64,000 bases of DNA from Acutalibacteraceae bacterium (GTDB lineage: Bacteria > Bacillota > Clostridia > Oscillospirales > Acutalibacteraceae). Under the pieces are notes generated by a model, which saw nothing but the letters and a program-made list of their open reading frames with translations, made no database searches and was not told where the DNA came from. The DNA is taken from assembly GCA_045577695.1 (NCBI GenBank), contig JAZNIW010000002.1, forward strand, positions 205 to 64,204, in the 5' to 3' direction. Position 1 is the first letter of the stretch. The number at the start of each line of letters is the position of its first letter. The position numbers and the translations under genes were made by a program. Positions 38,149 to 46,837 of this stretch are shown here, piece by piece.

Positions 38149-38825
38149 AAATCCACGCCCATCAGTTCCAAGGCTTGTCGGGCGGCGGCTTGTTCTGCGT
38201 TTTTCTTGCTGTGGCCGGTGCCGGCTCCAATCACATTGGAATTCAAATGCACCTCCACCGTAAACCGTTTATCGTGGTCAGGGCCGCTTTCTCCGGTTAA
38301 GACGTAAGAAAGCACCTCTTCCGGATTGCGCTGAATAATCTCTTGCAGGGCTGTTTTGTAATCTTTAAAGGCCTCGTGCTCCATATGTTTGAGTTCTTCG
38401 GTCACAAAGCGAAGAACATGACGTCGGGCCGGCTCTATTCCACCATCCAAATAAATGGCGGCCAAAATGGCCTCGAACGCATCGGCCAAGATGGAAGGGC
38501 GTTGGTTGCCGCCGTTGGCTTTTTCTCCCTTACCCAGCAAAATATGTTCGCACACCCCCAACTGCTTAGAAAAAGAGCAAAGGGATTGTTCGCACACCAA
38601 GGAGGCGCGTAAACGGGTAAGTTTTCCCTCCGGCAAGGTGGGAAAATGCTCATAAATATACTCCGAAACGATGATGGAGAGCACCGAATCCCCCAAAAAT
38701 TCCAACCGCTCGTTGGAGCAAAATCCTCCCTTTTTTTCATTGGCGTAGGAAGAATGCGTGCAGGCATTTTGAAGTAACCCTTTGTTCTGAAAGGTATAGC
38801 CGATATTCTGTTCCAATTGTTTCAT
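38145..38825 (-). CDS. rnc: ribonuclease III
   Basis: NERLEFLGDSVL signature and a C-terminal dsRBD. Confidence 0.95.
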   Translation of the reverse strand: MKQLEQNIGYTFQNKGLLQNACTHSSYANEKKGGFCSNERLEFLGDSVLSIIVSEYIYEHFPTLPEGKLTRLRASLVCEQSLCSFSKQLGVCEHILLGKGEKANGGNQRPSILADAFEAILAAIYLDGGIEPARRHVLRFVTEELKHMEHEAFKDYKTALQEIIQRNPEEVLSYVLTGESGPDHDKRFTVEVHLNSNVIGAGTGHSKKNAEQAAARQALELMGVDL

Positions 38826-38840
38826 TGTTGTTTTCCTCGT

Positions 38841-39830
38841 TTACTGTTTGGCCAAATCGCCCGAAATCTTTTCAATCACATTGCTTTCGGCAAAAAGTTT
38901 TGCCTTGCCAATGGCATTTTTCATCGCCTTGGCATTAGAAGAACCGTGTGCCTTAAACACCGGCGCACGGGTGCCGAGCAACGGTGCGCCGCCCACTTCG
39001 GTATAATCGGCTTTTCCTTTGATTTCGTAGAGGTCTTTTTTAATCATCAAGGCCGCGGCTCGATTTTTCAAACTGCGGTAAAGCACATTTTTAATCATTG
39101 AAAACATAGTTAAACTGACCCCTTCAATGAGCTTCAAAGCAATATTGCCGGTAAAGCCATCGGTCACTACAACATCGACATCCCCTTTGGGAATCTCTCG
39201 CGATTCCACATTGCCGATAAAATGAATGGGGGCCTTTTGAAGCAGAGCGTAGCTTTCCTTTTGCAATTCCCCGCCCTTGCTGTCTTCGGTGCCGATGTTA
39301 AGCAAACCAACCGTTGGGTTTTGGCGGCCGTCCACCTTTTCCATATAAATCGACCCCATAATTCCAAACTGCGCCAACATTTCGGGGCGACAGTCGGCAT
39401 TTGCGCCGATATCTAACATTAAATAGTTTCTGTTTTTGCCCGGAATCACCGAAGCCAAGGCAACACGTTTTACCCCTTTGATGCGTTTGACAATAAGCGA
39501 ACCGCCCACCACCAAAGCACCGGTACTACCGGCGGAAACAAAGGCATCGCCCAAGCCGTCGGCCAAGGCTTTTAAGCCCACCGCCATAGAAGAACCCTTT
39601 TTGGATTTGATGATTTCGGTCGGGTCATCATGCATCGAAATAACATCATCGGCCTGCAAAATTTCCATTCCGTTTAAAGAAATGTTGTGAGCGGCGGCAG
39701 AATCGCGAATGGTCTTCTCATCGCCCGCAAGCATCACCGTAACACCGTATTCTTTTACGGCCAGTTCGGCGCCTTGCAGTACGGAAAGCGGGGCGTTATC
39801 GCCACCAAAAGCATCGACAATAATTTTCAT
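38841..39830 (-). CDS. plsX: phosphate acyltransferase PlsX
   Basis: MKIIVDAFGGDNAP...; 329 aa. Confidence 0.93.
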   Translation of the reverse strand: MKIIVDAFGGDNAPLSVLQGAELAVKEYGVTVMLAGDEKTIRDSAAAHNISLNGMEILQADDVISMHDDPTEIIKSKKGSSMAVGLKALADGLGDAFVSAGSTGALVVGGSLIVKRIKGVKRVALASVIPGKNRNYLMLDIGANADCRPEMLAQFGIMGSIYMEKVDGRQNPTVGLLNIGTEDSKGGELQKESYALLQKAPIHFIGNVESREIPKGDVDVVVTDGFTGNIALKLIEGVSLTMFSMIKNVLYRSLKNRAAALMIKKDLYEIKGKADYTEVGGAPLLGTRAPVFKAHGSSNAKAMKNAIGKAKLFAESNVIEKISGDLAKQ

Positions 39831-39844
39831 ACGATTTCACTCCT

Positions 39845-41173
39845 TCAATCCAATAATTGCAAACATTCTTCTAAACTTTCCATCCCTCTTTTTGCCAGGG
39901 CGGCATAGCGTTCACGCTTGTCCCGTATGCGAAGGGGAAGTTCCGGCAAAAGACCGAAATTTGCCCCCATCGGTTGAAATTTTACCGTTTCGGGGGCGGT
40001 AATATAATTGAGCAACGCACCCAACATGGTTGTGCGGGGCAATCGCGGCGCCTTTTTTCCTTGTAGCCTGCACGCGACCTGTAGGCCAACCCAAAGACCA
40101 CAAGCAGCCGATTCCATATATCCCTCAACCCCCGACAATTGACCGGCAAAGAAAATGTGCGGATCACTTTTCAATGAGAGGTCCGGATTTAACAATCGGG
40201 GTGAATCAATAAAACTGTTGCGGTGCATCATCCCGTAGCGCAAAAACTCGGCTTGTTCCAAACCGGGAATCATTGAAAAAACACGTTTTTGCTCGGGAAA
40301 TTTTAAATTGGTTTGAAAGCCCACCAAATTGTACATTGTTCCCTCGCGGTTTTCTTTGCGTAATTGCAATACCGCCCAAGGACGATGCCCGGTATTTGGA
40401 TCGATTAACCCCACCGGTTTCATTGGGCCGAATCGAATGGCATCCTTCCCGCGGGAGGCTAATATTTCAATCGGCATACATCCCTCGTATACCTTGGGGT
40501 CCCCCTCAAATTTATGAATCGGCGCTCGCTCGGCCGAAATCAATGCCTCGTGAAATGCCTCATACTCGGCTTTATTGAGAGGACAGTTGATGTAATCATC
40601 CCCCTCTCCCTTATCGTATCGACTGGCGAAAAAAGCACGATTCATATCAATGCTTTCCCCTGAAACAATGGGGGCAGCGGCATCGTAAAAATGCAAATAA
40701 TCGGCACCAAGCTTCGCTTGAATATCGGCCGCCAATCCATCGTCGGTTAGGGGACCGGTGGCTACAATGGAAAAACCATCGGTAGGAATTTTTTCGACAC
40801 ATTCGGTCACCACTTCAATATTTTTGTGGTGTTTGATTTTTTCGGTGATGGCTGCCGAAAAGCCATTTCGGTTGACCGCTAGTGCCCCGCCGGCCGGCAC
40901 CGAATGGCCATCAGCGGCCCATAAACAAATCGAGTCCAAACGCCGCATTTCGGCTTTGAGCAATCCGGCGGCCGAATCAATGCGGGCAGCCTTAAGCGAA
41001 TTGGAACAAACCAGTTCGGCAAAGAAGTCGCTTTTATGTGCCGGTGATTTTTTCTTAGGTTTCATTTCATATAGGCGCACTTTGATGCCGCGCTCGGCCA
41101 ACTGATAAGCTGCTTCGCAACCGGCAAGGCCGGCGCCGATAATCTGAACCGTTTCCTTCATTTTGTTCCCCAT
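39845..41173 (-). CDS. trmFO: methylenetetrahydrofolate--tRNA-(uracil54-C5)-methyltransferase
   Basis: IIGAGLAGCEAAYQLA FAD motif; 442 aa. An alternative ATG lies at 41161. Confidence 0.92.
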   Translation of the reverse strand: MGNKMKETVQIIGAGLAGCEAAYQLAERGIKVRLYEMKPKKKSPAHKSDFFAELVCSNSLKAARIDSAAGLLKAEMRRLDSICLWAADGHSVPAGGALAVNRNGFSAAITEKIKHHKNIEVVTECVEKIPTDGFSIVATGPLTDDGLAADIQAKLGADYLHFYDAAAPIVSGESIDMNRAFFASRYDKGEGDDYINCPLNKAEYEAFHEALISAERAPIHKFEGDPKVYEGCMPIEILASRGKDAIRFGPMKPVGLIDPNTGHRPWAVLQLRKENREGTMYNLVGFQTNLKFPEQKRVFSMIPGLEQAEFLRYGMMHRNSFIDSPRLLNPDLSLKSDPHIFFAGQLSGVEGYMESAACGLWVGLQVACRLQGKKAPRLPRTTMLGALLNYITAPETVKFQPMGANFGLLPELPLRIRDKRERYAALAKRGMESLEECLQLLD

Positions 41174-41185
41174 ATCATCCTAATA

Positions 41186-43327
41186 TTATTTTTTGGTCGT
41201 TTTTTTTGTAGTTTTCTTCTGGGTAGAAGCCTTTTTCTTGGCCGCTGCTTTTTCGCGCCCCTCCACACGGGTGGGACACTCACTGTTGATACAGTAGGTG
41301 CGACCACGCAATCCTTTTAGCATATATCCGCCGCAGGTTTCACACAATTCACCGGTCGGTATGCCGGGGGCGGCAAAATCACATTCCGGATAGTTGGAGC
41401 AAGCGTAAAAGGTCTTGCCTTTTTTGGATTTGCGTTTGACCAATGTCCCACCACATTTGGGACAGGGCTCTTTCACCTCATCTTCGGGCATAGGTTTGGC
41501 GTTTTTACACTCCGGAAAACCGGGGCAGGCCAAAAACTTACCGAAGCGACCACTTTTAACAACCATTTTACGGCCGCAACGTTCACACAACACGTCGCTT
41601 TCGACTTCAGGTACCGTTACCCGTTTCCCCTCCATCGCCGTTTCGGCTGCTTGCAACGCGGCTTCAAAATCAGTGTAGAAGGATTTCATCGTACTTTCAA
41701 AGGCTTTGGTTCCTTTTTCAATTTTATCCAAATTACCTTCCATATCAGCCGTAAATTGTATATCCAAAAAGGTTTCAAAATGCTCTACCAACAAGTCCAC
41801 TACCACCATACCGAGGGCGGTTGGTTTTAAGGATTTTTGTTGGCGTTCGATATAATCTTTCGAGAGAATATTGCTGATAATCGGCGCATAGGTCGAGGGA
41901 CGACCGATACCATTTTCATCCAGCGCCTTAATCAAGGTTGGCTCGGTATAACGGGCCGGCGGCGCGGTGAAATGTTGTTTTGAATCCCAATTTTTTGCCT
42001 GTACGGCATCCCCTTTTCGAAGGATGGGCAAACGGTCGTTCTTTTCTTCCTCGCTGTGGTCTCTTCCCTCTTGATAAAGCACCGTAAAGCCGTCGAACGC
42101 AAGGGTGGTTTCGGTGGCCTTTAACAAATAGTTATCGGTGGTAATATCCACCCCGATAACATTCTGCACACCAACCGCCATCAAACTGGCGACAAATCGA
42201 CTCCAAATCAGTTGATACAGTTTGTATTGTTCATCGCTGAGTGCCGAACGCACCTTGGCCGGTGTGAGTTCCACATCGGTGGGACGAATGGCTTCGTGGG
42301 CATCCTGCGCCGAAGCCTTGCTTTTAAAATAGCGCGGTTTTTCGGGTAGATATTCCGCCCCATACTGACGCAGCACATAGGCGTTAGCGGCGGCTCTGGC
42401 CTCCTCCGAAATACGAAGGGAGTCGGTACGCATATAGGTAATCAAACCGGTCATTCCATAGCCTTCTACCGCAACCCCTTCGTAGAGTTGTTGCGCCACT
42501 TTCATCGTACGTTGGCCGGTGAAGTTAAGCTTGCGCGAGGCCTCTTGTTGCAGGGTAGAGGTGGTGAAAGGGGGCGCCGGTTGAATGTTTCGTTTTGTTT
42601 TTTTGACCTGTGCTACGGTAAAGTCGGCCGTTTTCAGTTCGGCCAAAATGCCTTCGACCTCCTCAGCCGAGTGAATGGTTTGTTTTTTGCCGTCCACCCC
42701 GCCGTGGAAATGGGCATCGAACAGACTGCCGTCTTTATCCAATTTAACATCTATGGTCCAGTACTCCTCCGGAACAAAGGCTTCAATTTCGCGTTCGCGG
42801 TCGACAATCAAGCGCAGTGCCACCGATTGTACACGACCGGCAGAAAGGCCCCGTTTCACCTTCTTCCAAAGAAAGGGCGAAAGTTTGTATCCCACCATAC
42901 GGTCAAGTACGCGGCGGGCTTGTTGGGCATCCACCAAGTTTAAATCCAACTGTCTTGGTTGCTGCATACCTGCGGCGATTCCGCTCTTGGTAATTTCATT
43001 GAAGCAAACACGGTTGGCTTGGGTTAAATCCAAATTCAAAATCTGCGCCAAATGCCACGAAATGGCCTCTCCCTCACGGTCCGGGTCGGTAGCCAAAAAA
43101 ACCTGTTCACTTTCTTTCGCGGCCTTTTTTAGTTCTTGAATCAATTCTTTTTTATCGGTCATATTAACATATTTCGGGCGGAAATGGTTTTCCACCTCAA
43201 TCCCGAAGGTTGACTTCGGTAAGTCCCGAATATGCCCTTTGGAGGCCATCACGGTATAGTCTTTGCCCAGATATTTTTGAATGCTTTTGATTTTACCCGG
43301 AGACTCCAAAATCACCAATTTTGACAT
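41186..43327 (-). CDS. topA: DNA topoisomerase I
   Basis: Toprim LVILESPGKIKSIQKYLG, C-terminal CxxC zinc ribbons and a Lys-rich tail. ATG 43327 has better SD spacing than 43333. Confidence 0.95.
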   Translation of the reverse strand: MSKLVILESPGKIKSIQKYLGKDYTVMASKGHIRDLPKSTFGIEVENHFRPKYVNMTDKKELIQELKKAAKESEQVFLATDPDREGEAISWHLAQILNLDLTQANRVCFNEITKSGIAAGMQQPRQLDLNLVDAQQARRVLDRMVGYKLSPFLWKKVKRGLSAGRVQSVALRLIVDREREIEAFVPEEYWTIDVKLDKDGSLFDAHFHGGVDGKKQTIHSAEEVEGILAELKTADFTVAQVKKTKRNIQPAPPFTTSTLQQEASRKLNFTGQRTMKVAQQLYEGVAVEGYGMTGLITYMRTDSLRISEEARAAANAYVLRQYGAEYLPEKPRYFKSKASAQDAHEAIRPTDVELTPAKVRSALSDEQYKLYQLIWSRFVASLMAVGVQNVIGVDITTDNYLLKATETTLAFDGFTVLYQEGRDHSEEEKNDRLPILRKGDAVQAKNWDSKQHFTAPPARYTEPTLIKALDENGIGRPSTYAPIISNILSKDYIERQQKSLKPTALGMVVVDLLVEHFETFLDIQFTADMEGNLDKIEKGTKAFESTMKSFYTDFEAALQAAETAMEGKRVTVPEVESDVLCERCGRKMVVKSGRFGKFLACPGFPECKNAKPMPEDEVKEPCPKCGGTLVKRKSKKGKTFYACSNYPECDFAAPGIPTGELCETCGGYMLKGLRGRTYCINSECPTRVEGREKAAAKKKASTQKKTTKKTTKK

Positions 43328-43385
43328 TTCCATCTTCCATTCTATCTCATAATATCATCCAAGGAATTCCTTAGAGCGCGCTTTT

Positions 43386-44621
43386 TTATTTGCATTTTTG
43401 GTAGCGGCCCACCGGAACAGCCTTGATGTATCCATATAGTTCCAATTCGGTTACGGCGGCGATGAAAGGGCCGCCCGAGAGTCCACTTCGCTCGCGCAAA
43501 GTATCCGAAAATTCAATTTCTTCTTGAAAAGCCGCATATACTTTTTTGGCATTGGACGATGCCTTGATATCCCACGGGGCGACCGACCCGCCGATTATAG
43601 GTGGTGATTCCACTCGACAAACGGGCGGCGATTTCTTCGCTGCGGTTCGGTTCTCTTGACGGGCCGCTTCCACACGGTAGCCTCGTTTGATTTCCTCGGT
43701 CAAACGCACACTCGTTTTGAGTGTATCCGGAAAGCGCCCGATATATACCGAAAGAATATCCTCTACCGCCAACAGAGGAATGGCGCCATCTCGCAACAAT
43801 TCGTTGGTACCGATATACTGCGACTGATTGATGGTGCCGGGCAACGCAAAGACCTCTTTTCCTTGTTCCATAGCATAAGTGGCAGTAATCAGGGCCCCAC
43901 TTTTTTGACCGGCTTCTATCACCGCCACCCCAACCGACAACCCCGCAATCAAGCGATTGCGAATGGGAAAGGTGTAGCGTGTCGCCGATGTTTTGGGTTC
44001 GAACTCCGAAAGGAGCGTGCCGTGTTGTGCGGCACGCTGACGCAACGGTTCCTGCCGCATTAAATAATTGCTATCCAGCCCCGAACCCAACACCACAATG
44101 GTTTTTCCGCCGGCATTGAGAGCACCAATATGGGCCATATTATCAATGCCAATGGCACCACCACTAACCACCGTAAATCCGGCAAGGGCTAAGTTAGCCG
44201 CTAAAGAATAGGCAGCCTTTTGACCGAGTTCGGTGCATTGGCGCGCCCCGACCACCCCGATGGTAGGGTCGGTTTGTGCAAGCGGTAGGCCGCGAGCAAA
44301 CAGTACCGCCGGTGGATTTTCCATTGCAAGCAGTCGCTTTGGGTATTCTTCATCTTTGGGGGTAAGAATACGAATATTATGTTCTTGGCAGTAGGTAATG
44401 GTGTCTTGCAGTGTATCGCCGTCAATACGGGTCAGTCGACGACTTTCTGCCACCGAAAGCAAACCCGATTCTTTCCATTCGGCATCGGTCATACTGCAGA
44501 CTTCCTCGAGCGAGGGACGAAGTACCAGTGCCTCTTGCCATTTGCCGTTGCCAACACCAAATAGGCGAGAAAGAAATAAATATCCCACCGTATAAGAAAA
44601 GGGAATGTGAAAGCGGTTCAT
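43386..44621 (-). CDS. dprA: DNA-processing protein DprA
   Basis: Rossmann core VVSGGAIGIDNMAHIGAL. There is an ATGA overlap with the trmH-family gene. Confidence 0.9.
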   Translation of the reverse strand: MNRFHIPFSYTVGYLFLSRLFGVGNGKWQEALVLRPSLEEVCSMTDAEWKESGLLSVAESRRLTRIDGDTLQDTITYCQEHNIRILTPKDEEYPKRLLAMENPPAVLFARGLPLAQTDPTIGVVGARQCTELGQKAAYSLAANLALAGFTVVSGGAIGIDNMAHIGALNAGGKTIVVLGSGLDSNYLMRQEPLRQRAAQHGTLLSEFEPKTSATRYTFPIRNRLIAGLSVGVAVIEAGQKSGALITATYAMEQGKEVFALPGTINQSQYIGTNELLRDGAIPLLAVEDILSVYIGRFPDTLKTSVRLTEEIKRGYRVEAARQENRTAAKKSPPVCRVESPPIIGGSVAPWDIKASSNAKKVYAAFQEEIEFSDTLRERSGLSGGPFIAAVTELELYGYIKAVPVGRYQKCK

Positions 44622-45388
44622 CGGCCCATCTCCCACATCACAATGGTGGCTGCCATAGCGGCATTAAGTGACTCGGCACGCCCCACCATTGGAATGGTGA
44701 GACGACGGTCGCAAAGCATCTTGGCGGCCTCGCTTAACCCATTGGCCTCGTTGCCGATAAGGACAATTTCTTTTTGCCCGAAAGAAATGTTTTGAACGGG
44801 GGTAGCGTCGGCATCTACCACCGTAGCATTTAGGGTGAATCCCTGTTGCCGATACTCTTGTAAGGTGCCGAGAAAATCCTTTGTGCAACAAACCGGTAGG
44901 CGCAACAAAGCACCCATCGAAGCCCGCAATGATTTGGGCGAAAAGGGGTCTACCCCCTGGTTGGCTACCAACAACCCGGCAAAGCCAAGGGCTTCGGCTG
45001 TGCGGGCAGCCGCTCCCAAATTGGAAGGGTCGCTAACCTTTTCAAAAGCGAGAAAACGTCCCTCTTTCGGCAAAATCGGCGGACGGGTAAAGGCAACCAC
45101 CAACAAAATTCCCTGCGGTGAACAAGTATCCGACATTTTGGCATAAACCGCCTCGGAAACTTCTTCGCAAACAGCGGCACGAACAGAGAGGGCAGAGATT
45201 AAATCAGGTTCGGCGACTACCACCGAAGCGGTATAATAAAGTTCTTGTATGATAAGATTATCTTGCAAAGCCTCTTGGCAAAGACGTGTTCCCTCCAGCA
45301 AAAAAACGCCGTTTTCCCGCCGTTTGCGCGCCGAAGCGGTAAGTTGCGCCACCCGTTTTACACGGGCATTATCCTTGGATGTAATCAC
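44618..45388 (-). CDS. TrmH/SpoU family RNA 2'-O-methyltransferase
   Basis: SpoU motifs (VSDPSNLGAAARTA, LIGNEANGL, IPMVGRAESLNAAMA). GTG start follows GAGGGGGA. Confidence 0.85.
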   Translation of the reverse strand: MITSKDNARVKRVAQLTASARKRRENGVFLLEGTRLCQEALQDNLIIQELYYTASVVVAEPDLISALSVRAAVCEEVSEAVYAKMSDTCSPQGILLVVAFTRPPILPKEGRFLAFEKVSDPSNLGAAARTAEALGFAGLLVANQGVDPFSPKSLRASMGALLRLPVCCTKDFLGTLQEYRQQGFTLNATVVDADATPVQNISFGQKEIVLIGNEANGLSEAAKMLCDRRLTIPMVGRAESLNAAMAATIVMWEMGR

Positions 45389-45433
45389 CTAAAATCCCCC
45401 TCTCTCTTCTCGGTTTTTTCGGTCAATAAAAAT

Positions 45434-45469
45434 GAAAAACCGCCCGAGAAACTCATTTGTACTCGGGCG
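45434..45469 (-). terminator. intrinsic terminator after rplT
   Basis: CGCCCGAG-13-nt loop-CTCGGGCG followed by GTTTTT on the minus strand. Confidence 0.75.
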
Positions 45470-45476
45470 AAATTCA

Positions 45477-45836
45477 TTATTTTTCCAACGCGGTTTTAGA
45501 CGCCTTTACCAAAGTGGCAAAGCCCTTCGCATCGTTTACGGCCAAGTCGGCAAGCATCTTGCGATTCATTTCAATGCCGGCTTTTTTCAGACCGTTCATA
45601 AAGGTAGAATAATTCATACCATTGATTTTAGCAGCAGCCGAAATACGAGTAATCCACAGACGGCGGAAATCACGTTTTTTCAGTTTACGGCCAATGTAGG
45701 CATAGTTGCCGGATTTCATAACAGCTTCTTTTGCCGTTTTAAACAATCTATGCTTTGCACCAAAGTAGCCTTTGGCAAGTTTTAAAACTTTTTTTCTTCT
45801 TTTGCGCGTCATCATAGCGCCTTTTACTCGTGCCAT
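45477..45836 (-). CDS. rplT: 50S ribosomal protein L20
   Basis: [26 protein letters not shown]. Confidence 0.97.
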   Translation of the reverse strand: MARVKGAMMTRKRRKKVLKLAKGYFGAKHRLFKTAKEAVMKSGNYAYIGRKLKKRDFRRLWITRISAAAKINGMNYSTFMNGLKKAGIEMNRKMLADLAVNDAKGFATLVKASKTALEK

Positions 45837-45861
45837 TTATCGTTACCTCCGTTATTTTTAC

Positions 45862-46059
45862 TTATTTGTAAGGAATCATTTTCTTGACCGCGGCTACATT
45901 GGTTGCGTCGGCAACAACGGTCTTGCGAAGATTTCTCTTGCGTTTGGTAGTCTTCTTGTTCAAGATGTGCGATTTAAAAGCGTGGGCGCGTTTTACCTTT
46001 CCATTCTTGGTCAGTTTAAAACGTTTTTTTGCGCCACTGTGAGTTTTGATTTTCGGCAT
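45862..46059 (-). CDS. rpmI: 50S ribosomal protein L35
   Basis: [24 protein letters not shown]. Confidence 0.97.
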   Translation of the reverse strand: MPKIKTHSGAKKRFKLTKNGKVKRAHAFKSHILNKKTTKRKRNLRKTVVADATNVAAVKKMIPYK

Positions 46060-46093
46060 TTTTATATCCTCCTTATAAAACCATTCGTTTTGA

Positions 46094-46606
46094 TTATTTT
46101 ACCGGCTTCGGGGCTAAAAACATCAGCATATTGCGGCCTTCCATTTTCGCGGGCTTTTCCACAACAGAAAACTCCGAACAAAATTCAGCGAAGCGTTTCA
46201 TATTTTCCAAACCGATTTCGGGATGTCCCATCTCACGGCCGCGGAAGCGAATGGAAACCTTTACTTTGTGTCCCGATTGCAAAAATTTCTTGGCGTGGTT
46301 TCCTTTGGTTTCGAAATCGTGGGTATCAATACTAAGCCCCAAACGGATTTCTTTCATTTCCACCACTTTTTGGTTTTTACGCGATTCCTTTTCCCGCTTG
46401 GTCTGGTCAAAACGGTATTTTCCGTAATCCATAATTTTGCAGACAACCGGCGTAGCATTGGGCGACATACAAACCAAATCCAAATCCTTGCCGTAGGCGA
46501 TTTCCAAAGCGGCAGACGTTTTCATAATGCCGAGTTGGGAACCGTCGGTGTCGATGACACGCACTTCCTTTTCGCGAATGTCCTCGTTAATGGTTAACTC
46601 TTTCAT
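46094..46606 (-). CDS. infC: translation initiation factor IF-3
   Basis: [22 protein letters not shown]... The ATG at 46606 is 14 nt from GGAGG. An in-frame ATC at 46612 has ideal 8-nt spacing (see findings). Confidence 0.93.
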   Translation of the reverse strand: MKELTINEDIREKEVRVIDTDGSQLGIMKTSAALEIAYGKDLDLVCMSPNATPVVCKIMDYGKYRFDQTKREKESRKNQKVVEMKEIRLGLSIDTHDFETKGNHAKKFLQSGHKVKVSIRFRGREMGHPEIGLENMKRFAEFCSEFSVVEKPAKMEGRNMLMFLAPKPVK

Positions 46607-46627
46607 GCTGATTGCAAGCACCTCCAA

Positions 46628-46775
46628 AACCTAAAAAAGCACGGACAGCCAAAACCGTCCGCGCCAATAAAGCAACACAAGAAACGTACCCCCACATTGG
46701 GAAGAACGTGCCTTTATTGACCCTTTTGGAAAACCGGAGGGTGAGAACGGTCGGTCTGTTCTTCTTTCTTGTCGA
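46628..46775 (-). promoter_or_regulatory. infC leader with attenuator terminator (L20-leader-like)
   Basis: A roughly 145-nt 5' UTR with the long helix CAATAAAG.../...CTTTATTG. It is followed by the hairpin GCGCGGACGG-ttttgg-CTGTCCGTGC plus TTTTTT (forward 46633-46664), immediately before the infC SD. Confidence 0.55.
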
Positions 46776-46780
46776 CGAAC

Positions 46781-46809
46781 ATCATACCACAATCTTTTCC
46801 CCTTGTCAA
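46781..46809 (-). promoter_or_regulatory. consensus sigma-A promoter of the infC-rpmI-rplT operon
   Basis: Minus strand: TTGACA (46809-46804), 17-nt spacer ending in TGG, TATGAT (46786-46781). Confidence 0.75.
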
Positions 46810-46837
46810 GAGGAAATTTTTATTTTTCGGCCCGTTA

